Below are positions 6,306 through 15,250 of a stretch of DNA of 28,450 bases, in pieces. Source of the DNA: a bacterium (lineage in GTDB: Bacteria > Zixibacteria > MSB-5A5 > GN15 > FEB-12); the NCBI GenBank assembly GCA_043811375.1, contig JBDRNJ010000002.1, positions 1-28,450 on the forward strand, written 5' to 3'. The position numbers and the translations under genes were made by a program. Every line of letters starts with the position of its first letter. Position 1 is the stretch's first letter. The notes below the pieces were generated by a model. That model did not search any database. It saw only the letters and a list, made by a program, of their open reading frames with translations, and had not been told where the DNA came from.

Positions 6306-8198
6306 ATGAATAGAGTTCAGAACACGAAGACCGTACTGTGGACTCTTACCGGCCTGGCGGCTGCGGTGGGTGTGACTCGGTTCCTGTTCGGCCTGGGGGC
6401 CACCACCAATCTCACCGACGCTACCCCCTGGGGGTTGTGGATCGGTTTCGATGTTATGGCCGGAGTGGCTCTGGCGGGGGGCGGTTTCGTCATAACCGCG
6501 GTCTTCTATGTGTTTAAATGCGAAAAGTACCACAGCCTGGTTAAGCCGGCAGTGCTGACGGCTTTCCTGGGCTATCTCGCGGTGATATTCGGATTGTTGT
6601 TCGATCTTGGTTTGCCGTGGAACATCTGGCATATGATGATATACTGGAACCTGCACTCGCCACTCTTTGAAGTCGGCTGGTGCGTGATGCTTTACACCAC
6701 CGTGCTGCTGCTGGAATTCAGTCCGGTGCCGCTGGAAGAGTTCAGCCGTTATGCAAAGGTGCGCAACTTCCTGATGAAGTTCCGTTTCCCCCTGGTTCTG
6801 GTCGGTATTATGCTTTCCACCCTGCATCAGTCATCACTGGGATCACTGTTTCTGATAATGCCCGACAAAGTTCACGCATTGTGGTATTCCTCGATCCTCC
6901 CGGTGCAATTCTTCATTTCAGCGGTAGCCCTGGGTTTGATGATGGTCTCGCTGGAGAGCCTGGTTTCGCACTGGCTGTATCGCCGCAAGGCGGAGTCAGA
7001 CCTTGTCGCGGGCCTGGCTAAAGCTGCTGTCTGGGTGTTGATCGTTTACCTTGCAGTAAAACTGGTGGATATCGCTGCCTCCGGTGAACTGGGTCTCATT
7101 TTCTCAGGTGCCTGGGAAAGCAACCTGTTCCTCCTGGAACTGCTGATATCGGTAATTGTGCCGATGGTGCTGTTCTCGATACCGCGTATCCGATCAAGCG
7201 CCGGTGGGCAATGGGTCGGGGCGTCGCTGGTTGTTTTCGGCATGATCTTCAACCGCATCAACGTGGGCGGTTTGTCCATTCTTAGCGCTACCGGAGATTC
7301 GTATATTCCCTCCTGGATGGAGATAGCCATCAGTCTCGGGGTGGTGTCGGTAGCCGGTCTGGTCTTCCTGTTTGCAATCGAGAGGTTCCATTTCTGGGAA
7401 AAACGACCCCGACATCCCGAAAGCGCTCCCCATGCGCAGCCTGAGTTCGATTACTCTTCGAACGTTTGGCTGGGGTCTCCGTTGGTGGCGGCACGCACCA
7501 GGTACTCCCTCGCTTTCGTTCTGAGTTTCGCACTTGGTTTCGCGTTCATGCCGCAGAACAAAATTGAGAGTAAGGGAGTCGAGATGGTTTCGGCGCAGAA
7601 AGCACGAGGTGGAGACACTCTCTTTATCGACGGCAATCATGACTCTTTCGGGACACTGTTTAACCACGCCGGGCACGTTGACAGTCTGGGGCAGAAGGAG
7701 TCATGCGTTAAGTGCCACCACATGAACGTGCCTTTGGATAAACAGAGCGGATGTTGGGAATGCCACCGCAGTATGTATACAGCGGTCAACGTGTTTCGTC
7801 ACGATTGGCACTCCAGCCCTGACGGCGCGGTTATTGCCTGCGACGTGTGCCATGAACCCTCACAGGAAAGGCAGAAAGCTTCGGCCGTAAAATGCCGAAA
7901 ATGCCATATCGACCTCTTTGCCGACAGTACCGCCGATACACTGGACACCTATCTTGCGGTGTCTTATGTTGACGCTATGCATCTTTTGTGCGTCACCTGT
8001 CACCGGGAGCGAGTAGTCGCAGACACCAACCGGGCCGCCCAGGCGCAGTGCCCCACCTGTCACGCCGGTTCTTCCCCGGACTACCTCAGGACTGAGGCGC
8101 TGGAAAAGCCGAACTTACCTGGTGTCGCCAGTCGCGTTCTGATGCCGAAAACCACTCTGGAAACGGCGTCGAAGCGAAAGGAAAAGATTGAGCCATAA
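6306..8198 (+). CDS. NrfD/HybB/HmcC-family membrane subunit fused to a six-heme class III-like cytochrome c
   Basis: PWGLWIGFDV, DLGLPW, SPLFEV and LSTLHQSSLG motifs with about 10 TM segments. An extra TM follows, then CVKCH, CWECH, CDVCH, CRKCH, CVTCH and CPTCH, plus FNHAGH and FRHDWH. Confidence 0.92.
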   Translation: MNRVQNTKTVLWTLTGLAAAVGVTRFLFGLGATTNLTDATPWGLWIGFDVMAGVALAGGGFVITAVFYVFKCEKYHSLVKPAVLTAFLGYLAVIFGLLFDLGLPWNIWHMMIYWNLHSPLFEVGWCVMLYTTVLLLEFSPVPLEEFSRYAKVRNFLMKFRFPLVLVGIMLSTLHQSSLGSLFLIMPDKVHALWYSSILPVQFFISAVALGLMMVSLESLVSHWLYRRKAESDLVAGLAKAAVWVLIVYLAVKLVDIAASGELGLIFSGAWESNLFLLELLISVIVPMVLFSIPRIRSSAGGQWVGASLVVFGMIFNRINVGGLSILSATGDSYIPSWMEIAISLGVVSVAGLVFLFAIERFHFWEKRPRHPESAPHAQPEFDYSSNVWLGSPLVAARTRYSLAFVLSFALGFAFMPQNKIESKGVEMVSAQKARGGDTLFIDGNHDSFGTLFNHAGHVDSLGQKESCVKCHHMNVPLDKQSGCWECHRSMYTAVNVFRHDWHSSPDGAVIACDVCHEPSQERQKASAVKCRKCHIDLFADSTADTLDTYLAVSYVDAMHLLCVTCHRERVVADTNRAAQAQCPTCHAGSSPDYLRTEALEKPNLPGVASRVLMPKTTLETASKRKEKIEP

Positions 8199-8604
8199 AG
8201 TACTCATAGTTGACGATGAACCGGATGTCGCCACCTACCTGTCAATGATCCTGCGAACAAACGGCTATGTTACTGCTGTGGCGGACAGTGTGGAATCCAG
8301 CCTGGAGGTGCTGCAAGACTTTCACCCGGACTTGATCTGCCTTGACATAATGATGCCCGGGAAACTCGGTGTATCTCTATATACGCATTTGAAACAGGAC
8401 ATTACCCTCAAACGAATACCTGTGATAGTTGTAAGCGGCGCATTGCAGGACGATCAATCCGACTTCCACTCCTATCTGTCCGATGAGTCCATTCCGGTTC
8501 CTGATTATATCATGGAGAAACCGGTGAATGTAGAGGAGTTCACCGCGGCAGTTAAACAGCTTATCACGTCGCGATCTTCGCAGAAAAGGCGGATCGGCAA
8601 ATGA
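8188..8604 (+). CDS. Single-domain response regulator receiver
   Basis: KVLIVDDE...PDLICLDIMMPG...IMEKPV. TTG start overlaps the upstream gene end. Confidence 0.9.
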   Translation: MSHKVLIVDDEPDVATYLSMILRTNGYVTAVADSVESSLEVLQDFHPDLICLDIMMPGKLGVSLYTHLKQDITLKRIPVIVVSGALQDDQSDFHSYLSDESIPVPDYIMEKPVNVEEFTAAVKQLITSRSSQKRRIGK

Positions 8605-10112
8605 AGCCTGACGCCAGAGTCAACCCGTCAAGAAGGCTCGCAGACATGATCCGTGAAGCTCTTTTTGAGGAAGTGCCCTTCAACGTCGCCGTCATCGATC
8701 GCGAGCACAACATTGTCGAGGCTAACGAAGCTTTCGAAAAACGTTTCGGAGACTGGCGGGGCAAGAAATGCTACACGGTATACAAGAGACTACACCAACC
8801 CTGCGATGAATGCCCCTCGGCTCAGGTCTTCGAAGACGGCAAGGCAGTGGTGGCCGACGCTGTTGGGGTTGACCAGTATGGAAAACCGACCCACTACGTC
8901 GGGCACGTGGCTCCTCTTCGTACAACGAAAGACGGTCCCGTCGAGTATGTTCTCGAGATGACCAGGACGGTAACCGGGACAAAAAGCTGGCAGCAGGAAT
9001 ACCAGATTCTGTTCGACCGCGTTCCCTGCTATATTACCGTTATCGATCGGAACTACCGTATCGTCCGGGCCAACGAAGCCTTCAGGGACAGCTTCGGCGA
9101 CATACTCAATCAGCCCTGCTACGAGATATATAAGCGTCGCCAATCCAAATGTCCGAACTGCCCGGCTGCCCGGACTTTCCGGGATGGCCGGCGGCATCAC
9201 TCCAACCAGGTGGGCACCGGTAAGAGAGGCCAGGATATACACTATGCCGTGACGACATCGCCGCTGGCGCGCGATGGTGGTCGGGTGGGTCACGTCATTG
9301 AAATTTCCACTGATGTCACGGCGATCAGGAAACTTGAGCAAGACGTACTGGATGCAGAACGGCTGGGAGCGGTGGGACAAACGGTGGCCGGGCTGGCGCA
9401 CAGTATCAAAAATATCCTGATGGGACTTGAGGGCGGCAAATACATTGTAAGCCTGGGCCTGCAGAAGGACGACAAGGAGATGGTCGCCGAAGGCTGGGAG
9501 ATGCTGGAGAGAAACTTTGAGAAGACCACTTCTCTGGTCAAGGATTTCCTGAGCTTCTCTAAGGGCAGGCTGCCGCAACTGAGGATGGTGGAACCCTCCG
9601 GAATTGTGCAGGAGATCGTGAACCTGTACCGGGAGATTGCAGCCCGGTCCGGAATCGAATTGAAGGCTGAGGTATCCGACAACGTCAAAAGAGCCCCCCT
9701 TGATCCTGATGGAATCCATACCTGCCTGACGAACCTGGTGTCCAATGCGATTGATGCCTGCCAGATGGGTGAACAGAAGGGTACTGAGGTCGTCATTCGG
9801 GTGAAAGAAAGGGGCGATAAACTGATCTTTGAAATATCCGATAATGGCAGCGGTATCGACTACGAGATCAAAAGGAAGATATTCACCACGTTCTTCACCA
9901 CCAAAGGTGGGGGGGGAACCGGGTTGGGTCTTTTGACTACCCGCAAGATAGTACATGAACATGGGGGCCGGATCATAGTCGAATCAGAGCCTGGTGAGGG
10001 CGCCCGTTTCCGGATGGAATTCCCACGCCGGAGACTGATGACGCTGTATAAGGAAGATGTAAAATTGAATGGCAACGGAGCAAATAGAAGAGGAGGGAGC
10101 GATGGCGGATAA
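8601..10112 (+). CDS. Cytoplasmic PAS-PAS sensor histidine kinase
   Basis: Two PAS domains, each with C-x10-C-x2-CP. H-box AGLAHSIKN, N-box NLVSNAIDA, DNGSGI, FFTTK, GTGLGL. No TM segment. ATGA overlap with the upstream gene. Confidence 0.93.
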   Translation: MKPDARVNPSRRLADMIREALFEEVPFNVAVIDREHNIVEANEAFEKRFGDWRGKKCYTVYKRLHQPCDECPSAQVFEDGKAVVADAVGVDQYGKPTHYVGHVAPLRTTKDGPVEYVLEMTRTVTGTKSWQQEYQILFDRVPCYITVIDRNYRIVRANEAFRDSFGDILNQPCYEIYKRRQSKCPNCPAARTFRDGRRHHSNQVGTGKRGQDIHYAVTTSPLARDGGRVGHVIEISTDVTAIRKLEQDVLDAERLGAVGQTVAGLAHSIKNILMGLEGGKYIVSLGLQKDDKEMVAEGWEMLERNFEKTTSLVKDFLSFSKGRLPQLRMVEPSGIVQEIVNLYREIAARSGIELKAEVSDNVKRAPLDPDGIHTCLTNLVSNAIDACQMGEQKGTEVVIRVKERGDKLIFEISDNGSGIDYEIKRKIFTTFFTTKGGGGTGLGLLTTRKIVHEHGGRIIVESEPGEGARFRMEFPRRRLMTLYKEDVKLNGNGANRRGGSDGG

Positions 10113-10623
10113 GTCCGGGAAAACGGTCCTGGTAGTCGATGACGAAGCTGATGTCCGGAGTTTCCTGAAGGCAGCGCTGCTGGAGGCGGGATTCGAGGTC
10201 GTAACCGCGTCAGACGGCTTCGAGGCGTTGGAGGAAGTCAAAAAACGGATTCCTGATCTCATATCGCTGGATTTGGTAATGCCCAAAAAATCCGGGGCCA
10301 GATTCTACCGCGACCTCAACAGAAAAAAGGAGTGGTCCCGCATACCGGTCATTATAGTCACCGGCCACGCTCGTGATGATCTTGGCAAGGCTGACCTGAA
10401 GGAGTTGACAATGTCAGGTCCGGGAATCTATCTTGAAAAGCCGGTTAAACCGGATAACTACGTGGCGGCAGTGAAGCAGATTCTCGGCATGGATACGACT
10501 GCTGAAGAGAAAGAACTGGCCGACAAAGTCGAGCTCCAGAGTAATCTGAAAACTGCGATAGACGACGCCGACCCGGAGATTCTCCGAAAGATCCAAGAGA
10601 TGCTCGGTGGTGAGAAAGGATAG
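10102..10623 (+). CDS. Response regulator receiver with short C-terminal helical extension (resembles Tmc-associated DVU0259 type)
   Basis: VLVVDDE...PDLISLDLVMPKKSGARFY...YLEKPV. RBS GAGGAGGGAG precedes ATG 10102. Confidence 0.88.
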   Translation: MADKSGKTVLVVDDEADVRSFLKAALLEAGFEVVTASDGFEALEEVKKRIPDLISLDLVMPKKSGARFYRDLNRKKEWSRIPVIIVTGHARDDLGKADLKELTMSGPGIYLEKPVKPDNYVAAVKQILGMDTTAEEKELADKVELQSNLKTAIDDADPEILRKIQEMLGGEKG

Positions 10624-10675
10624 GGGCGGCGGAAACACCGGATCCGTAAAATCATTCGAAGGAGGTTCTGACGAT

Positions 10676-11056
10676 ATGTCCGAAAAGAAGAAAATACTTG
10701 TAGTTGATGATGAACCGGATGTGCTGAAATGGCTCACCATTCTGTTCGAGAATAACGGCTATGTGGTCATATCGGCACTGGACGGCTTTGAGGGTTTCGA
10801 GAAAGCCGAGGCCGAGAGCCCGGATCTGATTACGTTGGACATCACTATGCCCAAAGAATCGGGCATCAGGATGTACCGGAACCTACACGAATCGAAGACG
10901 CTTTCAGGGGTGCCTGTTATTATGCTGACCGGCGTTTCCCCTGAGTTCGAACGGTTTATTTCTACCAGGAAACAGGTAAACCCACCGGCGGCATATTTCG
11001 AGAAACCGGTAAACGATCAGGAACTGCTCGCCAAGGTCAAGGAACTGATCGGTTAG
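10676..11056 (+). CDS. Single-domain response regulator receiver
   Basis: KKILVVDDE...PDLITLDITMPKESG...YFEKPV. RBS AAGGAGG precedes ATG 10676. Confidence 0.9.
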   Translation: MSEKKKILVVDDEPDVLKWLTILFENNGYVVISALDGFEGFEKAEAESPDLITLDITMPKESGIRMYRNLHESKTLSGVPVIMLTGVSPEFERFISTRKQVNPPAAYFEKPVNDQELLAKVKELIG

Positions 11057-11158
11057 GCCGGCTAGCCAAAAGCCCGTGCGACGCCGGCCGAAGTTTGTGC
11101 CCCGGGTTGATCACCGCCGTCAGACAGCGCGCCATGGGGCAATAGAAAGGAGCGAATC

Positions 11159-11512
11159 ATGTCAAGGATTGCAGTACTCTACTGTAAACGGGTTAAGGAT
11201 CACTCGTGCATCGCATGTGCCAAGTGCTACAAGGGAATGGCGGAGAAAAACGGGGAGTTTGCTCGCCACGATGAAATCGAGTTGGTAGCCATGACCGATT
11301 GCGGGGACTGTCCCGGACTGACAATTCCGAGAGTTAAACTACTGAATGAAATCACCGGCAATCTCGACCGGCCGTTCGAGATACTTCACCTCGGGACGTG
11401 CATGAAGCTGGCTATGGAAACGGCTGAATGCCCGATTGATTTCGACGATCTCAAGGTTACCCTGGAAAGCAAGTTCGGTATCGAAGTAGTGCTCGGAACG
11501 CACTCCTATTAG
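11159..11512 (+). CDS. CGGC-domain protein (Cys-rich putative metal/Fe-S-binding)
   Basis: IAVLYC...CIACAKC...CGDCPG...LHLGTC...CP...VVLGTH, with RBS AAGGAG. Confidence 0.88.
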   Translation: MSRIAVLYCKRVKDHSCIACAKCYKGMAEKNGEFARHDEIELVAMTDCGDCPGLTIPRVKLLNEITGNLDRPFEILHLGTCMKLAMETAECPIDFDDLKVTLESKFGIEVVLGTHSY

Positions 11513-11715
11513 CGCCCCTCCCGCGGTGAGGGGCAGGGCAAGCGACTCGACCGGGATCGCTACAATCGTTGAACAGGAAATTCGACGCAGGATCGAATAA
11601 ACCGACCTCCAGTCAGGTATACATTCCGAGAGGAGGAAAAGCACGATGGGGAGACTTTACAGCAGGTTCCGGGTCGGATGAGCCTGAAGACCATGAGTTA
11701 GAATAGGAAAAAGTC

Positions 11716-11913
11716 ATGAAGAAATGTCCAAAATGTGCGTGCACGGCAATCGACAGTGGCCGGATTCTGAGCGCCGGAAGGATCTATTACAAGTCAGACA
11801 GCCTGAAACGTCGTCTCGCTTCAGGCACCTGCACAACTTATGTCTGTACCGCCTGTGGATTTTGTGAGACCTACATCAATGCCGAGTATCTTAACAAGAT
11901 CAAATCAAAATAG
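11716..11913 (+). CDS. Small zinc-ribbon protein
   Basis: CPKC...YVCTACGFCETY pattern in 65 aa, with AGGA RBS. Confidence 0.7.
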   Translation: MKKCPKCACTAIDSGRILSAGRIYYKSDSLKRRLASGTCTTYVCTACGFCETYINAEYLNKIKSK

Positions 11914-11962
11914 TCCGACCTCCTGCTGACCGGAGGTAGACAATGAAAACCGTGTGTGCATC

Positions 11963-12481
11963 CTAGGTCAGGTCGCCGAATTCGTTGCAGTATCTGGCGA
12001 CTCCGGAGGTCTGCGCCATCAGGGTGCGGTCCAGAAACCGGATCATGAAGACATTATCAGGGACATCCCACTCACAGCGGATACGGTAATCCGAAGCGGG
12101 CTTGAATCCGAATCGGGGATAGTAGTGTGAGTGCCCGAGGACAACCACGAAAGGGCATGATAGCTCTTTAAGTCGGTCGAGCCCGGCCTCTACCATTTTC
12201 GAACCAATCCCACGGCGTTGGTACTCCGGTAGTACGGCCATCGGTCCCAGCCCCATTCCCTCGGTGAGCGTGCGGTCACCCTCAACTTTGACTGGGCTGA
12301 AAAGGATGTGACCGACAACCCGATCTTCAAGGACAGCCACCAGCGAGATCGCCTCCGGACAACTGCTGCGTAACCGATCCACCAGGTTTGCCTCTCCCGG
12401 TTGGCCGAAAGCGCTATTGTTGATATAATGGACCGCATCAAAGTCTTCAGGTCGTTCATTGCGGACTACGAACATGTTCAT
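11963..12481 (-). CDS. GNAT N-acetyltransferase (YhbS-like)
   Basis: VVGHILFSPV, LGPMAVLPEYQRRGIGSKMV (acetyl-CoA motif A), VVVLGHSHYYPRFGF. Confidence 0.92.
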   Translation of the reverse strand: MNMFVVRNERPEDFDAVHYINNSAFGQPGEANLVDRLRSSCPEAISLVAVLEDRVVGHILFSPVKVEGDRTLTEGMGLGPMAVLPEYQRRGIGSKMVEAGLDRLKELSCPFVVVLGHSHYYPRFGFKPASDYRIRCEWDVPDNVFMIRFLDRTLMAQTSGVARYCNEFGDLT

Positions 12482-12538
12482 TTCTGCCTGTGCGAAATCA
12501 TCTGTGGCTGACTACCGAAGTCACGCTTAGATTAACTA

Positions 12539-13270
12539 TCACGCCGGGCCTCGGGACATAGCCTTCCGGCGCATGGCCTTCGGGTACTTCTCAATCGCGT
12601 AACGCAGGGCGGTACGGGGCATCCGGCTCTTGTGTTTCATGACATAGGCAAAGACCTCGTCCGGAAAAACGTTACCGGCTTCCTTGAGCATCCAGCCATA
12701 ACCTTTCTGCACCATATCATCGCTATCGACCAGCAGCGCATCGGCTGTCCGAAACAGATCCGGCAACAATTGACCGCTTCTGACAGGCACAATAAGGCTC
12801 ACAGCAGAGGCGCGGCGCAGCCACCTGTTTTTCGACCGGGTCCACCGGTGAACTTTCGGTGCCAGTTGAGGGAACATGGCGACAACGTTGCCGATAGGCC
12901 CGCAGCACAGGTGATCGCACGATCCCCAGTTGCTCACGTATCGTTTCAGCCAGGATTCAAAATGGCTGAAATCCTGCCGGCGGTAATCCTTTTTGATCTT
13001 GATGGCACATTCAAAGGCGAAAAACCTCATATACCGGTGGCCTGAAGCCAGCAACTGGTCGCAGTACTTGAGAATGTCCTGTGCAGGATGACTACTGATT
13101 TCCCGGAAACATTGATTGGATATCTTTCTCAGCACGGGGGTTTTCAGGCCAATCGGATCGTCCAGCTTTTCCTTGAAGAAGCGCTGGTAGTCGGATCTGT
13201 TTTCGGGTTTGTCCTGCCGGGCGATCTCGCGCTGCAACAAAGTGATGATTTTCCGCGCTTCAATGCTCAT
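12539..13270 (-). CDS. AlkD-family DNA alkylation repair protein (HEAT-like repeat glycosylase)
   Basis: GLKTPVLR, NWGSCD, WLRRAS, DDMVQKGYGWMLKE, MPRTALRYAIEK. Confidence 0.88.
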   Translation of the reverse strand: MSIEARKIITLLQREIARQDKPENRSDYQRFFKEKLDDPIGLKTPVLRKISNQCFREISSHPAQDILKYCDQLLASGHRYMRFFAFECAIKIKKDYRRQDFSHFESWLKRYVSNWGSCDHLCCGPIGNVVAMFPQLAPKVHRWTRSKNRWLRRASAVSLIVPVRSGQLLPDLFRTADALLVDSDDMVQKGYGWMLKEAGNVFPDEVFAYVMKHKSRMPRTALRYAIEKYPKAMRRKAMSRGPA

Positions 13271-13302
13271 TATCTCAATCTCACCTCGGTGGGGGATGGT
13301 GA

Positions 13303-15054
13303 CTACTTCTTCTTGTCGTCCCGACGGGGAGGGTTACAGGGCAGGTCGATGGTCATCGTGGTGCCCCGGTCGAGCTCGGAACTCACTCTGATCTCACCCT
13401 TGTGCTGCTGAATGATCTGGTAACAGATTGAGAGTCCCAGACCGGTGCCGACTCCGCTGCCCTTGGTAGTGAAGCCGGGTTCGAATATACGTCTCAGTTG
13501 ATCGGCTGGTATGCCGCAGCCGGTATCTTCAAATTGGATACAAATAAGGTCGTCGACGGCGAACGTCCTGATCTTGATTGCTCCTTTTCCTTCGATAGCC
13601 TGAGCGGCATTGATCAGCAGGTTCAAAAACACCTGGTTGAGCATTCCGGGGTAGCAGACCAGAGGGGGAATCTGGCCGTAATCGGTGGTGACGCTGATGT
13701 GATCTCCCAGTTGGCTTCGGGCCAGACCAAGCGTGTCATCCAGGCCTTCGTGTATGTCAACCTCTTTCAGTTCGGCTTCATCAAGGCGGGCAAATGTTCT
13801 CAGACGCTTGACGATGGTTGTAATGCGTTCATTAGCTGTGCAGATGACTCTGTCGGCGTCCGCGATCAGCTTCAGCATCTTCTCGACCGATAGATCGTTT
13901 CCGCCACCACTGTCTGTTGCCTTCGTATGCTTCAATCGGTTCACTGCCGTCATCAGAGTCGAATGCATACTATTGGCGGCCGCCAATGGAGTGTTGATTT
14001 CGTGAGCAATGCCTGCCACCAGTCGGCCCAGGGCGGCCATTTTCTCCGACTGTAGCAACTGCGCCTGTGTCTCGTGAAGCATCCGGTTGGCTTCCGCCAG
14101 TTCTTCCTGTTTGTGTTGAGAAGCATGCAGTTTTGCCTCAAGTACAGCTTGCTCACACTTTTCGCGGATAAGGCGGCAGTTCTCGAGTTTGGCTGCCAGT
14201 ATGTCTCCGAATGCAGCAAATGCCCGCAGATGGTCCTCGGTGAACTTAATACCGTCCAAGGTGGAATCCGCATAAAGGATGCCGGTCACCGCGTTTTGCT
14301 CAATCAGCGGCACGGCCATGATTGACCTCAGGCCGACTTCCACCGAGGGTGACTTGTTGGTGAACCGGGAATCACACTGGGTGTCGACCACTACGATGGC
14401 CACCTGTTTACTCAGGACTTCGTTTACAATCGTGGTGGATACCGAGAACTTGCCGGTCTCCATAGATTTGGCGGGGTAGCCGGCTGCCACCGACACCGTT
14501 TGGTCAGGATTGGCACTCAGCACTACCACCCGTTCGGATGCCACTGCCCGGTGCAGCAGCTTAAGCGATTTCATCAGCACCGTGTCGAGATTGTCAGAAT
14601 CAACCACCACCCGGCCGATTTCACACAGTGCCTGTGAGGTGCGCGGATTATTGAATATACCGGGCAACTGGCGACGAGCTTCATCGAAAGGCAGTACGAT
14701 GGAGGATTCCTCGGTCTCACCGGTATCGAATTTGTCGAGAGTGTCCCTGGTCGGTCCCCCGGTATCGGCCGTGACAACCTCGAACATCACGTCCCCAAAA
14801 GTGACCTCATCACCGATGGCCAGTTGGACAGTGCCGCTGATCAGGTCTCCGTTCACTTTGGTGCCGTTGCGACTGTTGAGGTCGGTCAGATAGATCTGGT
14901 TGTTATCACGAATATCCAGCATGGCATGCCGACGTGAAATCGACGTGGCTGAAATTTCGAAGTCATTGGCATGACTGCGCCCGATAGTGTGTTTGCCTTT
15001 GGAAAAGGGCTTGCCCAGGAACTGGGATGAATCGACGCTCTGTAGCTTTATCAT
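13303..15054 (-). CDS. FHA-GAF-histidine kinase (cytoplasmic)
   Basis: FHA (TIGR...ISRRHA...DLNSRNGT), GAF (RSIMAVPL...GILYADS...FTEDHL), H-box AGIAHEINTPL, LNQVFLNLLINA, DTGCGI, GTGLGLSIC. Confidence 0.93.
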   Translation of the reverse strand: MIKLQSVDSSQFLGKPFSKGKHTIGRSHANDFEISATSISRRHAMLDIRDNNQIYLTDLNSRNGTKVNGDLISGTVQLAIGDEVTFGDVMFEVVTADTGGPTRDTLDKFDTGETEESSIVLPFDEARRQLPGIFNNPRTSQALCEIGRVVVDSDNLDTVLMKSLKLLHRAVASERVVVLSANPDQTVSVAAGYPAKSMETGKFSVSTTIVNEVLSKQVAIVVVDTQCDSRFTNKSPSVEVGLRSIMAVPLIEQNAVTGILYADSTLDGIKFTEDHLRAFAAFGDILAAKLENCRLIREKCEQAVLEAKLHASQHKQEELAEANRMLHETQAQLLQSEKMAALGRLVAGIAHEINTPLAAANSMHSTLMTAVNRLKHTKATDSGGGNDLSVEKMLKLIADADRVICTANERITTIVKRLRTFARLDEAELKEVDIHEGLDDTLGLARSQLGDHISVTTDYGQIPPLVCYPGMLNQVFLNLLINAAQAIEGKGAIKIRTFAVDDLICIQFEDTGCGIPADQLRRIFEPGFTTKGSGVGTGLGLSICYQIIQQHKGEIRVSSELDRGTTMTIDLPCNPPRRDDKKK

Positions 15055-15213
15055 ATCACCGGACCAGCTTGAGGGGCGACGCCGGTTGCAGGATATCTGC
15101 CTGCAATGCGACAGCCCGATTCAACGACCTCGTCACCGAAGCCCGCGCTTCGACTGCGGCAATGTAAGTGACTGTGATCGTATTGTAAATAGAAATCTCG
15201 AGGGGATGCCGGC

Positions 15214-15242
15214 TTGCCACCTGTCGTTCGACAGCGTATATT
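15214..15242 (+). promoter_or_regulatory. sigma70-type promoter, probably giving a leaderless mRNA for the Ser/Thr kinase
   Basis: TTGCCA (15214-15219), 17 nt spacer, TATATT (15237-15242), ending 8 nt before ATG 15251. No SD sequence. Confidence 0.55.
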
Positions 15243-15250
15243 ACAACGCT

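Noticed and set aside
5625..6827. 400-aa antisense ORF (also 8790-9962, 23133-23894 and 2470-3087)
   Set aside because: Shadow ORFs opposite well-supported genes, with no recognisable motifs.
3373..8198. Assigning gene symbols dsrK/dsrM/dsrO/dsrP or hmcF/E/B/C
   Set aside because: The families are clear, but orthology cannot be fixed without phylogeny.
9909..9916. G8 tract in the kinase (and G8 at 3277-3284) as phase-variation sites
   Set aside because: The tracts are short, encode Gly runs (next to the G2 box, or a C-terminal tail) and the frames are intact.
14987..15250. 88-aa Cys-rich N-terminal extension of the Ser/Thr kinase
   Set aside because: It overlaps the divergent kinase gene and a good promoter. 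The kinase domain begins at ATG 15251.
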